Below are positions 63,601 through 64,000 of a DNA stretch of 64,000 nucleotides, piece after piece. A model generated the notes under the pieces. It was not told where the DNA came from, did no database searches, and saw only the letters and a list, made by a program, of their open reading frames with translations. Positions within the stretch are counted from its first letter, which is position 1, and each line of letters starts with the position of its first letter. The DNA is from a virus (Duplodnaviria; Caudoviricetes): IMG/VR virus record IMGVR_UViG_3300005535_000018, positions 39,500 to 103,499 of that record, one strand, 5' to 3'. The position numbers and the translations under genes are program-made.

Positions 63601-64000
63601 ATGGATCTGGCCACGTTGAACATCGACCCGGTCGAGGCTGAGGAACGTCTCGCCGAGTACACCGCGGCGTTGCGTGATGTGCGCAGCGCCGAAGACGAGG
63701 CGATCGCCGCGGCCTACCGGGCCGCGGCCCGGGGCCTGCCGATCATCTCCCTGTCGGCGGCGGTCGCCGCCGGTGGGTTCTTCGAAGAGACCGGGCTGCC
63801 CCGCATCGCGATCTGCCGGGCCGACGCCACCATGTGCACCGTCGAGACCCGGGGGTGGCGGTGGACCGGGTACGGGGCCGGCTTGACCTACTTCGACGAG
63901 CACGCCACCAACCGGCCGGTGGGCGCTCTCGTCGGCAGCAACCACGTCCACGTCGCCCTCGCCGAGCCGCCCCCGGTCACCGGCCGGCGCGCCGTGGGGG
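63601..64000 (+). CDS. Hypothetical protein, truncated by the window end
   Basis: ATG at 63601 (MDLATLNIDP...), open to the end. Confidence 0.65.
   Translation, partial: MDLATLNIDPVEAEERLAEYTAALRDVRSAEDEAIAAAYRAAARGLPIISLSAAVAAGGFFEETGLPRIAICRADATMCTVETRGWRWTGYGAGLTYFDEHATNRPVGALVGSNHVHVALAEPPPVTGRRAVG

Larger units (their letters stand above)
1..64000. mobile_element. Actinobacterial conjugative phage-plasmid / prophage; both ends lie outside the window
   Basis: Transfer, replication/partition, packaging and virion modules are contiguous, with no housekeeping genes. Confidence 0.85.

Overview
This is a very GC-rich actinobacterial sequence, probably Micromonosporaceae, judged from the small gene at 374-604. 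It reads as one mobile element, most likely a conjugative phage-plasmid or plasmid-prophage with a siphovirus-type virion. From left to right it contains: (1) a leftward Streptomyces-type transfer operon with two FtsK/TraB ATPases, an Spd-like membrane protein and a repeat-dense clt-like region, plus a divergent GntR/UTRA repressor with operators; (2) a wHTH replication initiator with internal iterons, a Cre-like tyrosine recombinase with a lox/dif-like site, and ParA; (3) an array of small genes, each unit behind a copy of one promoter/operator element (six copies), headed by DUF932 and a divergent HTH regulator; (4) a five-gene DNA base-modification cluster (ParB-like, amino acid:DNA transferase-like, Asp/Asn-hydroxylase-like, P-loop kinase, TET/JBP) directly before the terminases; (5) head genes interrupted by six glycosyltransferases and a methyltransferase, with a 2H phosphoesterase fused to the head protease; (6) capsid, tail tube, fibre, neck and chaperone genes, then small accessory genes. 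No tape measure, lysis, tRNA, rRNA or CRISPR features were seen. The least expected signal is a set of short, A/T3-rich, apparently synonymously recoded patches on conserved portal, capsid and DUF4326 motifs; one lies beside a displaced original copy and an endonuclease-VII-like remnant. All family calls come from motif recognition by eye, not database searches.
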